32,000 nt of DNA, taken from Candidatus Nanohalobium constans (GTDB lineage Archaea > Nanohalarchaeota > Nanosalinia > Nanosalinales > Nanosalinaceae). The notes below the pieces were generated by a model that was not told where the DNA came from, did no database searches, and saw nothing but the letters and a program-made list of their open reading frames with translations. The DNA is taken from contig NZ_CP040089.1 of NCBI RefSeq assembly GCF_009617975.1, positions 240,001 to 272,000 of the forward strand, read 5' to 3'. Of this stretch, positions 23,433 to 31,063 are shown piece after piece. Both the position numbers and the translations under genes were made by a program. Positions within the stretch are counted from its first letter, which is position 1. Every line of letters begins with the position of its first letter.

Positions 23433-24215
23433 TTGAATATCAAAAAGTATATTGAACTTACTGCTACAGGTTTTAGGACCTCTCTCGCTTACAGGCTTAA
23501 TTCTGTAGCATCTCTTGCTAATTCTATTATTTTTCTGGCTTTGATGTATGCTTTGTGGAGTGCTATCGCTGCTTCTGGTTCTCTTGAAGGTGGTTTGTCA
23601 AGGGTTCTGGCTTATATTGTTCTCGGGCAGGTTATTTCCAGCTCTATTTTCATGAATGTGGAGAAGATGTTAAGTGGGAAGATAAGAGAGGGAACGATAG
23701 TTAATGAGTTGAAGAGACCTATATCGCTTCGTTCTCAGATCTATTTTCAGATGCTGGGCATAATGCTGTTTAACCTGGTGTTTGTAGGTTTGCCTATGAT
23801 GCTAGTTGGTTTTTTATTCCTTGATCTGAGTTTTCCAGGGGTTTTCCGGTTTTCTGCTTTTGTATTGAGCATGTTCCTTGGTTATAACCTGGTTTACTGC
23901 CTTTCTTACATTACATCAATGGCTATTTTCTGGACAAAGGTTGGCTGGAGCATCAGAATGATGAGAACCACAGTTCAAAGACTTTTCTCAGGGGTTTACT
24001 TCCCTCTTTACCTTTTACCCGCTGGACTTGAATCCTTTTTCAGTTTCCTGCCTTTTCAGTCAATGGTTGATGCCCCTATCACAATATTCATGGACTCAGG
24101 GGCTGCATTGGCGCCGATAATAGGAAAGCAGGTTATATGGATAATACTGCTGTTATTGATTGGGGAATTTGCGTGGCTAAAAGCTAAGAAAAAGATTACA
24201 GTACAAGGAGGTTGA
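23433..24215 (+). CDS. ABC-2 family permease
   Basis: About 6 hydrophobic helices. The TTG start is preceded by GGAGGAT. The gene is coupled to the ATPase gene. Confidence 0.75.
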   Translation: MNIKKYIELTATGFRTSLAYRLNSVASLANSIIFLALMYALWSAIAASGSLEGGLSRVLAYIVLGQVISSSIFMNVEKMLSGKIREGTIVNELKRPISLRSQIYFQMLGIMLFNLVFVGLPMMLVGFLFLDLSFPGVFRFSAFVLSMFLGYNLVYCLSYITSMAIFWTKVGWSIRMMRTTVQRLFSGVYFPLYLLPAGLESFFSFLPFQSMVDAPITIFMDSGAALAPIIGKQVIWIILLLLIGEFAWLKAKKKITVQGG

Positions 24216-24222
24216 TTGAAAT

Positions 24223-25035
24223 ATGAAGTCAAAGTTATTGGTTTTCAAGAAGTATTTGACGGTTTACTGGGTTTATTTCAGGCAGTACTGGAAGACTAGA
24301 TTAGTTTACAAGACGGACTTCCTTCTTGGATTTACTGCCCAGGCAGTAAGCCTTGCAATGTCGCTGGCTTTCCTTACTCTTGTTTTCACGAGGGTAGAGA
24401 GCATTAATGGCTGGACATTCAATGAAATGCTGTTGCTGACAGGTGTAGGAGGATTTATACTGAATCTGCATCACATTTTTCTTTTCAATATTTACAGGCT
24501 GGGCGAGAAATTTATCGTCAGAGGAAAATTGGACAGGCTGCTTGTCAGACCTTTAAACCCTCTTTTCCAGATTTACTCAGACGATGTGTCGGACAACAAC
24601 TTGTCAAAACTCCTGGCTAACGCCGCACTAGTGATATACGCATCGTCACAGCTCTCCCTAAGCTTAACTTTATTAGAACTGCTCTACGCTGTTGGAGTGT
24701 TAATTAGCGGGGTCTTGGTTTTTGCAGGAATCTATCTCTTGTTCGCTACTACAGCTTTCTGGACGGGAAAGAGCAAATCTGCTATGTGGCTGGTATTCCA
24801 ACTCAGTGACTTCAGAAAGTATCCTTACAGCATCTACCAGGTTCCGATACAGGCAATTCTCGTCACTCTCGTACCTCTCGCATTCGCATCCTTCTTCCCG
24901 GTAACACTCTTCCTAGACAAACCAGGGTGGGACACATGGCAATCAGCATCTATTATAGCTGGACCTCTATTCTACCTCTTGGCATACAGTTTCTGGAGAT
25001 ACGGTCTTTCAAAGTACTCAAGTACCGGAAGCTGA
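24223..25035 (+). CDS. ABC-2 family permease (second subunit)
   Basis: About 6 hydrophobic helices. AAGGAGG lies 9 nt upstream of the ATG. Confidence 0.75.
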   Translation: MKSKLLVFKKYLTVYWVYFRQYWKTRLVYKTDFLLGFTAQAVSLAMSLAFLTLVFTRVESINGWTFNEMLLLTGVGGFILNLHHIFLFNIYRLGEKFIVRGKLDRLLVRPLNPLFQIYSDDVSDNNLSKLLANAALVIYASSQLSLSLTLLELLYAVGVLISGVLVFAGIYLLFATTAFWTGKSKSAMWLVFQLSDFRKYPYSIYQVPIQAILVTLVPLAFASFFPVTLFLDKPGWDTWQSASIIAGPLFYLLAYSFWRYGLSKYSSTGS

Positions 25036-25350
25036 ATTCTCCAAGTAGTTGTCAGCAAATTCCTTTAACTTTCTTTTAGACCGTTCTAGTCTTTTGCCAG
25101 TTACTTCTTCAGGGTTGACAACAGCACTCAATTCTTCAGCAATATCTTCATCCAAATTGTTGATTAAAATTGAAGGGTCTCGATAATCACTGGCATTGCC
25201 GGTTTTAGGATCAGTATAGCTCTTCGATAGCATATTATATGCTTTAGAGTATTTCTCAACTTCATCTTCTGCTATTAACTCGACTGCCCTGTCGACTTTG
25301 CCATCAGAAATTCCTTCCGAATTATTGTTGGAATCTTGAGTGGTTGCCAC
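25018..25350 (-). CDS. hypothetical acidic protein (110 aa)
   Basis: ORF with a GTG start. It is convergent with the ABC permease and overlaps it by 18 nt. No recognisable motif. Confidence 0.4.
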   Translation of the reverse strand: MATTQDSNNNSEGISDGKVDRAVELIAEDEVEKYSKAYNMLSKSYTDPKTGNASDYRDPSILINNLDEDIAEELSAVVNPEEVTGKRLERSKRKLKEFADNYLENSASGT

Positions 25351-25432
25351 AACATATTTACTTGAGAAAATTTTAAGTTATCTTTCCAAAAATTCGATAA
25401 AATAAGAAAGAGAAAAACCCAGTTTTAATGTT

Positions 25433-25966
25433 TTATTCAAACTCTTCTTGGTAGAGGTTCTGGCTCTTCTCGATTGCTTCGTGTGCCTCTGCTTTGCTGC
25501 CCCAGCCTTCGATTTCTACTTCTTTCTTTGGTTCTAGGTTCTTGTAGGTCTTGAAGAATTCTGCGATTTCCTTCTTCTTGTGTTCGTTGACATCGTCTAG
25601 GTCTTCAACATCTTTCCAGCGTGGGTCTTCTTCAGGCACTGCGATGATGTTGTCGTCTTGTTCTCCGTCGTCGTCCATGTAGAGGATTCCGACTGGTCTG
25701 CATTCGATGACGCATCCCGGAAAGGTGCTGTGTGTTGTCAGGACGAGGATGTCCATTGGGTCGCCGTCTTCGTAGTAGGCCTTCGGAATGAATCCGTAGT
25801 CGCCTGGATAGTTGATTGAAGAGTACAGTACTCTGTCTAGGACGACGCTTTCTTTTTCCTTGTCGTATTCGTATTTGTTTTCTGTTCCGTCTGGGTTTTC
25901 GATTACAGCATTGATAACTTCCGGTGCGTCCGGACCTGTTTCGTAGTCCTGCCACTTGTTAACCAT
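25433..25966 (-). CDS. ppa: inorganic pyrophosphatase (family I)
   Basis: Contains NAVIENPDGTENKYEYDKE...YPGDYGFIP...DGDPMDILVL...DDGEQDDNIIAV. Confidence 0.92.
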   Translation of the reverse strand: MVNKWQDYETGPDAPEVINAVIENPDGTENKYEYDKEKESVVLDRVLYSSINYPGDYGFIPKAYYEDGDPMDILVLTTHSTFPGCVIECRPVGILYMDDDGEQDDNIIAVPEEDPRWKDVEDLDDVNEHKKKEIAEFFKTYKNLEPKKEVEIEGWGSKAEAHEAIEKSQNLYQEEFE

Positions 25967-26011
25967 TGTTACTCACGAAGAAATATCAGTTGAATATGCT
26001 TTTATGGGCTT

Positions 26012-26167
26012 TCACTCCTTCTGTTTAACAGTAGCAGAAAGCCTGATCATCGACACATCAGTCACTGTCCCACACTCCGAACAGACTACTCTCACCCAGT
26101 CAACATTAGGTCTATCAACAGGATTAACAAATAAATCCTCACCGCAGTTCTCGCATTCTGGAGCCAT
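26012..26167 (-). CDS. small zinc-ribbon protein (51 aa)
   Basis: Hand translation gives MAPECENCGEDLFVNPVDRPNVDWVRVVCSECGTVTDVSMIRLSATVKQKE, with two CxxC pairs. GAGGT lies 4 nt upstream. It is below the track cutoff. Confidence 0.5.
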   Translation of the reverse strand: MAPECENCGEDLFVNPVDRPNVDWVRVVCSECGTVTDVSMIRLSATVKQKE

Positions 26168-26196
26168 CTAACCTCTACTTACTGTGAGGCTCCGAG

Positions 26197-26204
26197 TTAT
26201 TTAA
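26197..26204 (+). promoter_or_regulatory. TATA-like box upstream of the tRNA pair (possibly shared with the divergent zinc-ribbon/ppa unit)
   Basis: TTATTTAA lies 44 nt upstream of tRNA-Val position 1. The reverse complement lies about 33 nt upstream of the minus-strand ATG at 26167. Confidence 0.4.
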
Positions 26205-26247
26205 GCCTAACCAAAGAATCCTCAAACACAGGTAAATCACGGTACGA

Positions 26248-26321
26248 GGGTTCGTGGTCTAGTTGGTTATGACACCGCCTTGACATGGCGGAGATCCCCG
26301 GTTCGAATCCGGGCGAACCCA
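26248..26321 (+). tRNA. tRNA-Val (anticodon GAC)
   Basis: Hand-folded cloverleaf. Acceptor stem is GGGTTCG/CGAACCC. Anticodon stem is CCGCC/GGCGG with loop TTGACAT. T arm is CCCGG-TTCGAAT-CCGGG. The discriminator is A and no CCA is encoded. Confidence 0.9.
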
Positions 26322-26442
26322 TCTCGCAATTAGGCGAGGACTAATAAGCCATGACGAGCATGGCTTTCGGAAGTCTTCATTACAAAGGTGCATTCAGCTT
26401 TTGCCTGAATGCTCTATTGCGTTTGCTTAGCGTAACAAGAAT

Positions 26443-26628
26443 GGGAAAGTAGCTCAGGGGCTAGAGCGCTGCGCTCATAACATTAAGTTGTGAGCAATGA
26501 GGGATGCAGCCTTTTTCTGGAAAGGTTGCTTGAGAAGATCTTTTGATCTTCGTGCCCGATGATTAAACCAAGAATTCCAGAAATTGTGAGATACGCAGAG
26601 GTCCCGGGTTCAATTCCCGGCTTTCCCA
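26443..26628 (+). tRNA. tRNA with anticodon CAU (elongator Met or Ile2), interrupted by a 113-nt intron at position 37/38
   Basis: Acceptor stem is GGGAAAG/CTTTCCC. D arm is GCTC-AGGGGCTA-GAGC. Anticodon stem CTGCG/CGCAG is split by the intron. T arm is CCGGG-TTCAATT-CCCGG. G1-C72 and the lack of a GGG/CCC anticodon stem argue against an initiator tRNA. Confidence 0.85.
26480..26592 (+). other. tRNA intron (113 nt) with a bulge-helix-bulge splice motif
   Basis: The 4-bp helix CTCA(26474-77)/TGAG(26587-90) is flanked by 3-nt bulges TAA (26478-80) and ATA (26591-93). Internal hairpins include GAAGATC-TTTT-GATCTTC (26534-51). Confidence 0.75.
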
Positions 26629-26645
26629 AAAACCCCTCTTTTCTT

Positions 26646-28502
26646 TTAGTCAATTCTTTTCTCAAGTTCTTCCTGCAGAATCTGTGAGATAGTTGCTCCG
26701 TCGGCATCGACTTTCTGCTGTAGGATTCCCATCAAAGGTCCTTGTGCATGCATACCCTGTTCTTCTACCATGTCGGCTTTCTCTTCTAGGACTTCTTGGA
26801 TGGTTTCCCGAATTTCGCTTTCATCTGTCTTGCTGCTGACAACTTCTTCAATTGCTTCTTCAGGGTTGCGTTCTTCCATCTCACTGATTACATCTGCTAG
26901 GTCGCCTTTCTGGATTTCTTCGCTTTCCAGTGCTGAGAAAATAGCTTCAAGTTCTTCATCTTCCAAGCTTTCTATCTCTACGCCTTGGTCTTCTAGATTG
27001 GCTTTCAGATTGGTGAAGAAGTTTGCAACCAGTCGAGAATCATATTCTCCCTTGAACTCCTCAAACTGTGGAAGTTCTGGTGATGAAACAATCTGTGTTG
27101 CCAGTTCCTCACCTATTTCCTCTGAGTAGTCTTCCTGCTTTTCGTCTAGTGTCTTCGGCAGATTCTCATCAATTTCCTCTATATCGTCTTCTGTAACTCG
27201 AATCGCAGGTATATCGGTTTCAGGATACATTCGAGCTGATCCTGGCAGAGGTCTTGCATAAGAGGTTGTGAAGTCCTGTTCTGCTGTCCTTGTCTCTTCT
27301 GGTATTTCTCCGGTATAGATTTGCTTGGCTCTTTCTCTTACTGCCTGTGCTGCAGCTTTTGCCTGAGACTCTTCTGCAGCTATAACAGCTATAACATCTT
27401 CATCGTTTTTCTTGAAGTCCTCAGCTACTTTTCCAAACTCTTCTACCAGCCCATAGTTTTCTAGGTCTTCATCTGTGTGTAGGATTCCCTGTACTCCTCT
27501 TGTTTTGGCGTAGTCAACTAATTCCTTGGCTACATATCTTTCTCCAGATATTTTCTGTTTCATCTTTCCTGTCATCTGTGGAAGTTTCAATGCGTAGACT
27601 GCGCCGTTGTTTTCCAGTACGGTCGATACAATATGGTTTTCAGTGTCTTCGAAGTGGTGTGTTACATTGTCTCCGACAATTTCATCGACCAGGTTGTCGT
27701 CAAACTCGTTTCCGAGTTCTACAAGGTTTTTCTGGCGTTCGACTTCTAATTCGATTAAATGGTCGATGTTTTTGACATCCTGGAAGCCCTTGATCTCGAC
27801 TCTTGATCCTTCTTCGATTGAGACATTGACGTCCTGACGGATGGTTCCGATTCCTCTTCGGGCTTTACCGGTGGATCTGAGCAGCATTCCGATCTCCATT
27901 GCAACCTGTTTAGCATGTTCAGGTCCTTTGATTGATGCGTCTGTTCCTACCTCGATTAGGGGAACTCCTAGCCGATTTAAATCATAGATTGCTTCGTCAT
28001 CTTTCCTCTTATGAATCCCGGCAGATTCTTCCTCCAGTTCAACATCTTCTACAGCGACCGAGCCTTTTTCAACATCTATTTCTCCATCAAGACCAACCAT
28101 TGCAGTCCTCTGGAATCCTGAAGTGTTGGATCCGTCGACAACCATCTTACGCATAACTTGAATTTCCTCAGGAACCTCTCCATCTATCATTCGGACAAAA
28201 GTTAGCGCTGTATCCAGTGCTTCCTCATCTATTTCATGAGGCGGCTCCTCATCCAATTCAACTAAACAATTATTTCTCCTGTAGTAGTTGTATACGAACT
28301 TCTTGGATTTTGCGGCTTCAACCTCTGCAGCCTCATCTTTCTCACCTGTCTCGCCGGCAACAGCACTGAGAAATCTTTCAACATGTGCATCGGCAGCCTC
28401 ATCTTCTAGCTCGACTGGGCACTCACAGAAAAGCTTTGTCTCTGTGTTTAACTGCTGGTGAATCTCAACACCGCATTTAAATCCAAGTTCTTCGTAATTC
28501 AT
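26646..28502 (-). CDS. gatE: Glu-tRNA(Gln) amidotransferase subunit E
   Basis: The N-terminus reads MNYEELGFKCGVEIHQQLNTETKLFCECP, followed by GSNTSGFQRT. The length of 618 aa is typical of archaeal GatE. Confidence 0.9.
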   Translation of the reverse strand: MNYEELGFKCGVEIHQQLNTETKLFCECPVELEDEAADAHVERFLSAVAGETGEKDEAAEVEAAKSKKFVYNYYRRNNCLVELDEEPPHEIDEEALDTALTFVRMIDGEVPEEIQVMRKMVVDGSNTSGFQRTAMVGLDGEIDVEKGSVAVEDVELEEESAGIHKRKDDEAIYDLNRLGVPLIEVGTDASIKGPEHAKQVAMEIGMLLRSTGKARRGIGTIRQDVNVSIEEGSRVEIKGFQDVKNIDHLIELEVERQKNLVELGNEFDDNLVDEIVGDNVTHHFEDTENHIVSTVLENNGAVYALKLPQMTGKMKQKISGERYVAKELVDYAKTRGVQGILHTDEDLENYGLVEEFGKVAEDFKKNDEDVIAVIAAEESQAKAAAQAVRERAKQIYTGEIPEETRTAEQDFTTSYARPLPGSARMYPETDIPAIRVTEDDIEEIDENLPKTLDEKQEDYSEEIGEELATQIVSSPELPQFEEFKGEYDSRLVANFFTNLKANLEDQGVEIESLEDEELEAIFSALESEEIQKGDLADVISEMEERNPEEAIEEVVSSKTDESEIRETIQEVLEEKADMVEEQGMHAQGPLMGILQQKVDADGATISQILQEELEKRID

Positions 28503-28509
28503 TAATATT

Positions 28510-28809
28510 TCACCTTAGTTGCTCTATGTATTCTTCAGCGATTTCCTCAGCCTCTTCTTCTGACTTGTGAGGGATGTAAACCGCATTTCCTTCCTGTTTT
28601 ATTCCTGGTTTGAAGCTTAGTACCGAAATTTTATGCCCCAGAATCTCAGTTGCTGTTGTGAAGTCTTGCATGAATTCATAGGCGAGATCTTCGGAAAAGC
28701 CGTTTTCTTTCCCATCGTAATTGAATTCTACTTTTACAGTATTTGATTTAAACCCTACATCTTCTACTTCATATTCTATTAGCTCTGGTTTATACTCTCT
28801 AGTCGACAA
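28510..28809 (-). CDS. hypothetical protein (99 aa) inside the gatD-gatE operon
   Basis: ORF with a TTG start that overlaps the upstream kinase gene by 11 nt and ends 8 nt before gatE. No recognisable motif. Confidence 0.5.
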   Translation of the reverse strand: MSTREYKPELIEYEVEDVGFKSNTVKVEFNYDGKENGFSEDLAYEFMQDFTTATEILGHKISVLSFKPGIKQEGNAVYIPHKSEEEAEEIAEEYIEQLR

Positions 28810-29335
28810 TGTCGTTCACCTTTTCTTCAAGTTTGCTCATGTTGATGTTTTCATTTTTAATCATTTTATCACTCAGTGCCATCAGTTTTCCAACTCCGTT
28901 TTCGATTTCTCGGAGGTCTCTTTCGTGGAATTCGTCTCCGACCTGGTCTTCTTCTCTCTGTCTTTCTTTTCTTCTTTCTTTGCGTGTTTCTCTTGAGGTC
29001 CAGACTGCGATGATATCTATTTCTTCTCCTGTTTCTTCTTCGAATCTTTGTTTTTCGTTCCAGCTTCTCATTCCTGTTATGACGACTTTGTCTTTTTCTT
29101 CCAGTATTTCTTCTAGGTATGGAACGCTTAACTGGGCTATTGCGTCCATTCCGTGGAGTTCTCGCATCTTGTTGACGAATTCTCCTGTTTGCTCGGTTGG
29201 TATCTCTCTTTCCTTCATTTCGATTCTTACTACTTCTCCCATGTCCAGTACGGCAAATCCTTCGTCTTCAAGCATCTCTGCGACAGTTGTCTTTCCTGAG
29301 AGAGGCATCCCGGTCACGCCATATATTTCTGTCAC
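28799..29335 (-). CDS. P-loop nucleotide kinase-like protein (UPF0200/dephospho-CoA-kinase-like fold)
   Basis: Walker A GVTGMPLSGKTT is followed by VLDMGEVVR, VITGMRS and a basic R/K-rich lid (RETRKERRKERQR). This resembles the archaeal UPF0200 family. Confidence 0.65.
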   Translation of the reverse strand: MTEIYGVTGMPLSGKTTVAEMLEDEGFAVLDMGEVVRIEMKEREIPTEQTGEFVNKMRELHGMDAIAQLSVPYLEEILEEKDKVVITGMRSWNEKQRFEEETGEEIDIIAVWTSRETRKERRKERQREEDQVGDEFHERDLREIENGVGKLMALSDKMIKNENINMSKLEEKVNDIVD

Positions 29336-29625
29336 TTTCCGTTCACCTTTTTCCTCAGTTTGTCGAAGTATTTTCCACCGAACTGGCGCTTAACCTCAGT
29401 CTGAATCACTGACTTAGCTACACGATATTCAGTAAAGTCCTGAATGTTATCTACATCTATGCCGGAGGTTTTCAGGAACCGGAGAGGATCTCTTAACTCC
29501 TCATCGTATTTATAGGCCTGATCCAGGGCATACTCCCGCAGTACATCTTTTAGCTTGTCGAAACGGCCGTCATCAATAAACTTCTTAGCCTTCTCATCGA
29601 ACTCGTCTAACAGTTTTCTTGTCAC
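29332..29625 (-). CDS. hypothetical protein (97 aa) inside the gatD-gatE operon
   Basis: ATG ORF that starts 7 nt after the gatD stop. Its stop overlaps the kinase start (ATGA). No recognisable motif. Confidence 0.5.
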   Translation of the reverse strand: MTRKLLDEFDEKAKKFIDDGRFDKLKDVLREYALDQAYKYDEELRDPLRFLKTSGIDVDNIQDFTEYRVAKSVIQTEVKRQFGGKYFDKLRKKVNGK

Positions 29626-29632
29626 TTTCTAT

Positions 29633-30931
29633 TCATCCCTCGTACATACTTCTATCACTAATCTCTCCATTAACATTCTCTTGGAAAACTTCTTTAGCGT
29701 CTTCCATGCTATCTGTCTGGCCTAAAGACCACATCAGTTTGACATAGGCCAGTTCAGGATGCATATCCTGTGATTCAATTACTCCTGCGTCCTGGATTTT
29801 TATTCCTGCATCGTATACATTCATGTCTGTCCTACCGTCTAGGCATTGTGATGCTAGAACCACTACTGTATCTTCTGATAATTTTTCTAGTTTTTCTAGT
29901 ATGTCTTCGTGGTGCTGAGTCTTTTCGTCGAAAGCATTGACTGGCATATGCCCCAGCCCGGTTCCTTCGATGACAACTCCGCTGTAATCTTGTTCAATCA
30001 GGAACTCTATCTCTTTGGGCTTCATGCCTGGTCTTACTTTCAGTACTCCGACTTCCTCATCTAATTCTGTATTTTTCTCGTATTCTTCATCGTCTTGATC
30101 GAAATTAGTCTCTATTCTTCCGGTCTGGTAGTTTACTGAGCCTAATTTCTCCGCATTTATCGGCTTAAAAGCGTCTCTCTTTGAAGTATGCATTTTTCGG
30201 ACTTTCTGCGGTGGTAGGATGTTGCATGTGTCGTCGCTACTGGTTTCATGCATGCAGACTCCGAATCCTGTGAAATCTGTTTCTGTCAGGAATCTGGATG
30301 CACAGTACATGTTCATTTTGGCGTCTGTGCTTGGCCGGTCGGATGATCTCTGTGAACCTACTATCATTACTCCTGTATCCAGATTCTGAAGCATCAGGCT
30401 GAGTCCTGCTCCTGTCCAGCTCATAGTGTCGGTTCCGTGACCTAGGATAATTCCGTCATAATCGTCTTTGACTTCGTCAATTGTTTCTGCGATATCTTGC
30501 CAGTGACCTGGCTCCATATCTTCTGAAAGCATCTGTGCGACGACTTCAGAATGAAGATTTACTTCCTCTGCCAGTTCCGGATACATCTGAACAAGGTCTT
30601 CTGGGTCGAAAGCCGGCTTGACTCCTCCTTCCTCATAAGAAACTCTTGAGGCGATTGTACCTCCTGTGTGTAGTACTAGTATATTTGGTTTGTTCTCTGA
30701 GTGTTTTAGGTCGATATCTAATTCTCCAGAATCTTCGTTTTTTTCTATCAGTTCTATTTCTTCTGGTTCTAGACCTATGTTGTATCCTGAGTCCAGTTTT
30801 AGATTCAGGATTTCTGGGTCGCCTGTTCCGGGTTTGGGCATCAGTCTGCCTTTTCTGCCGTTTACCTGGATGCGGTCTCCTGTTTCTATGTTTTTGTTTT
30901 CGAGGAGTTGCTGGATGTTTTCAGAATACAT
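29633..30931 (-). CDS. gatD: Glu-tRNA(Gln) amidotransferase subunit D (asparaginase domain)
   Basis: LHTGGTIASRV and GHGTDTM are asparaginase motifs. The ATG at 30931 (MYSENIQQLL) has a CTTAAGTTT box about 25 nt upstream. The track start at 31018 is a GTG. Confidence 0.9.
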   Translation of the reverse strand: MYSENIQQLLENKNIETGDRIQVNGRKGRLMPKPGTGDPEILNLKLDSGYNIGLEPEEIELIEKNEDSGELDIDLKHSENKPNILVLHTGGTIASRVSYEEGGVKPAFDPEDLVQMYPELAEEVNLHSEVVAQMLSEDMEPGHWQDIAETIDEVKDDYDGIILGHGTDTMSWTGAGLSLMLQNLDTGVMIVGSQRSSDRPSTDAKMNMYCASRFLTETDFTGFGVCMHETSSDDTCNILPPQKVRKMHTSKRDAFKPINAEKLGSVNYQTGRIETNFDQDDEEYEKNTELDEEVGVLKVRPGMKPKEIEFLIEQDYSGVVIEGTGLGHMPVNAFDEKTQHHEDILEKLEKLSEDTVVVLASQCLDGRTDMNVYDAGIKIQDAGVIESQDMHPELAYVKLMWSLGQTDSMEDAKEVFQENVNGEISDRSMYEG

Positions 30932-31063
30932 ACGGTGAAAGTGTTTACCAAAACTTAAGAAGTAGTCGTTGACTGGTTCTCTTTTAAAAAGATGTGCGCC
31001 GAATCTGTTATTATACACTTGCTAAAATACGCGAGAATTTACTAATCAGAGGTTTTTCTAATT

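Noticed and set aside
25956-26171. 71-aa plus-strand ORF upstream of the tRNAs.
   Set aside because: The opposite strand encodes a double-CxxC zinc-ribbon protein with a Shine-Dalgarno sequence. The plus-strand product has no features and would run antisense to it.
18333-26321. Possible integrated mobile element or genomic island next to the tRNA genes, covering the accessory-looking block of SipW/TasA, PRTase-wHTH and ABC-2 genes.
   Set aside because: I found no integrase, transposase or viral hallmark gene. I also found no direct repeat of either tRNA 3' end in the intergenic regions I could inspect by eye. Compositional analysis would be needed to revisit this.
26480-26592. Possible box C/D guide RNA inside the tRNA intron, by analogy to the haloarchaeal tRNA-Trp intron.
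   Set aside because: I found only partial matches (AATGAGG, CGATGATT) and no CUGA D box. That is too little to call a C/D sRNA.
26483-26707. 74-aa minus-strand ORF overlapping the tRNA(CAU) gene.
   Set aside because: It lies antisense across the tRNA intron and 3' exon and overlaps the end of gatE. The composition is basic and there is no start-site support.
504-31000. Many plus-strand track ORFs lie antisense to minus-strand genes (for example 969-1439, 3692-4135, 5528-5971, 8542-8895, 11713-12327, 13843-14211, 26770-27129, 28809-29393 and 30646-30972).
   Set aside because: Their translations are S/L/F/C-rich and basic, the mirror image of the acidic codon usage on the true strand. Each is fully contained in a recognisable or better-supported gene on the opposite strand.
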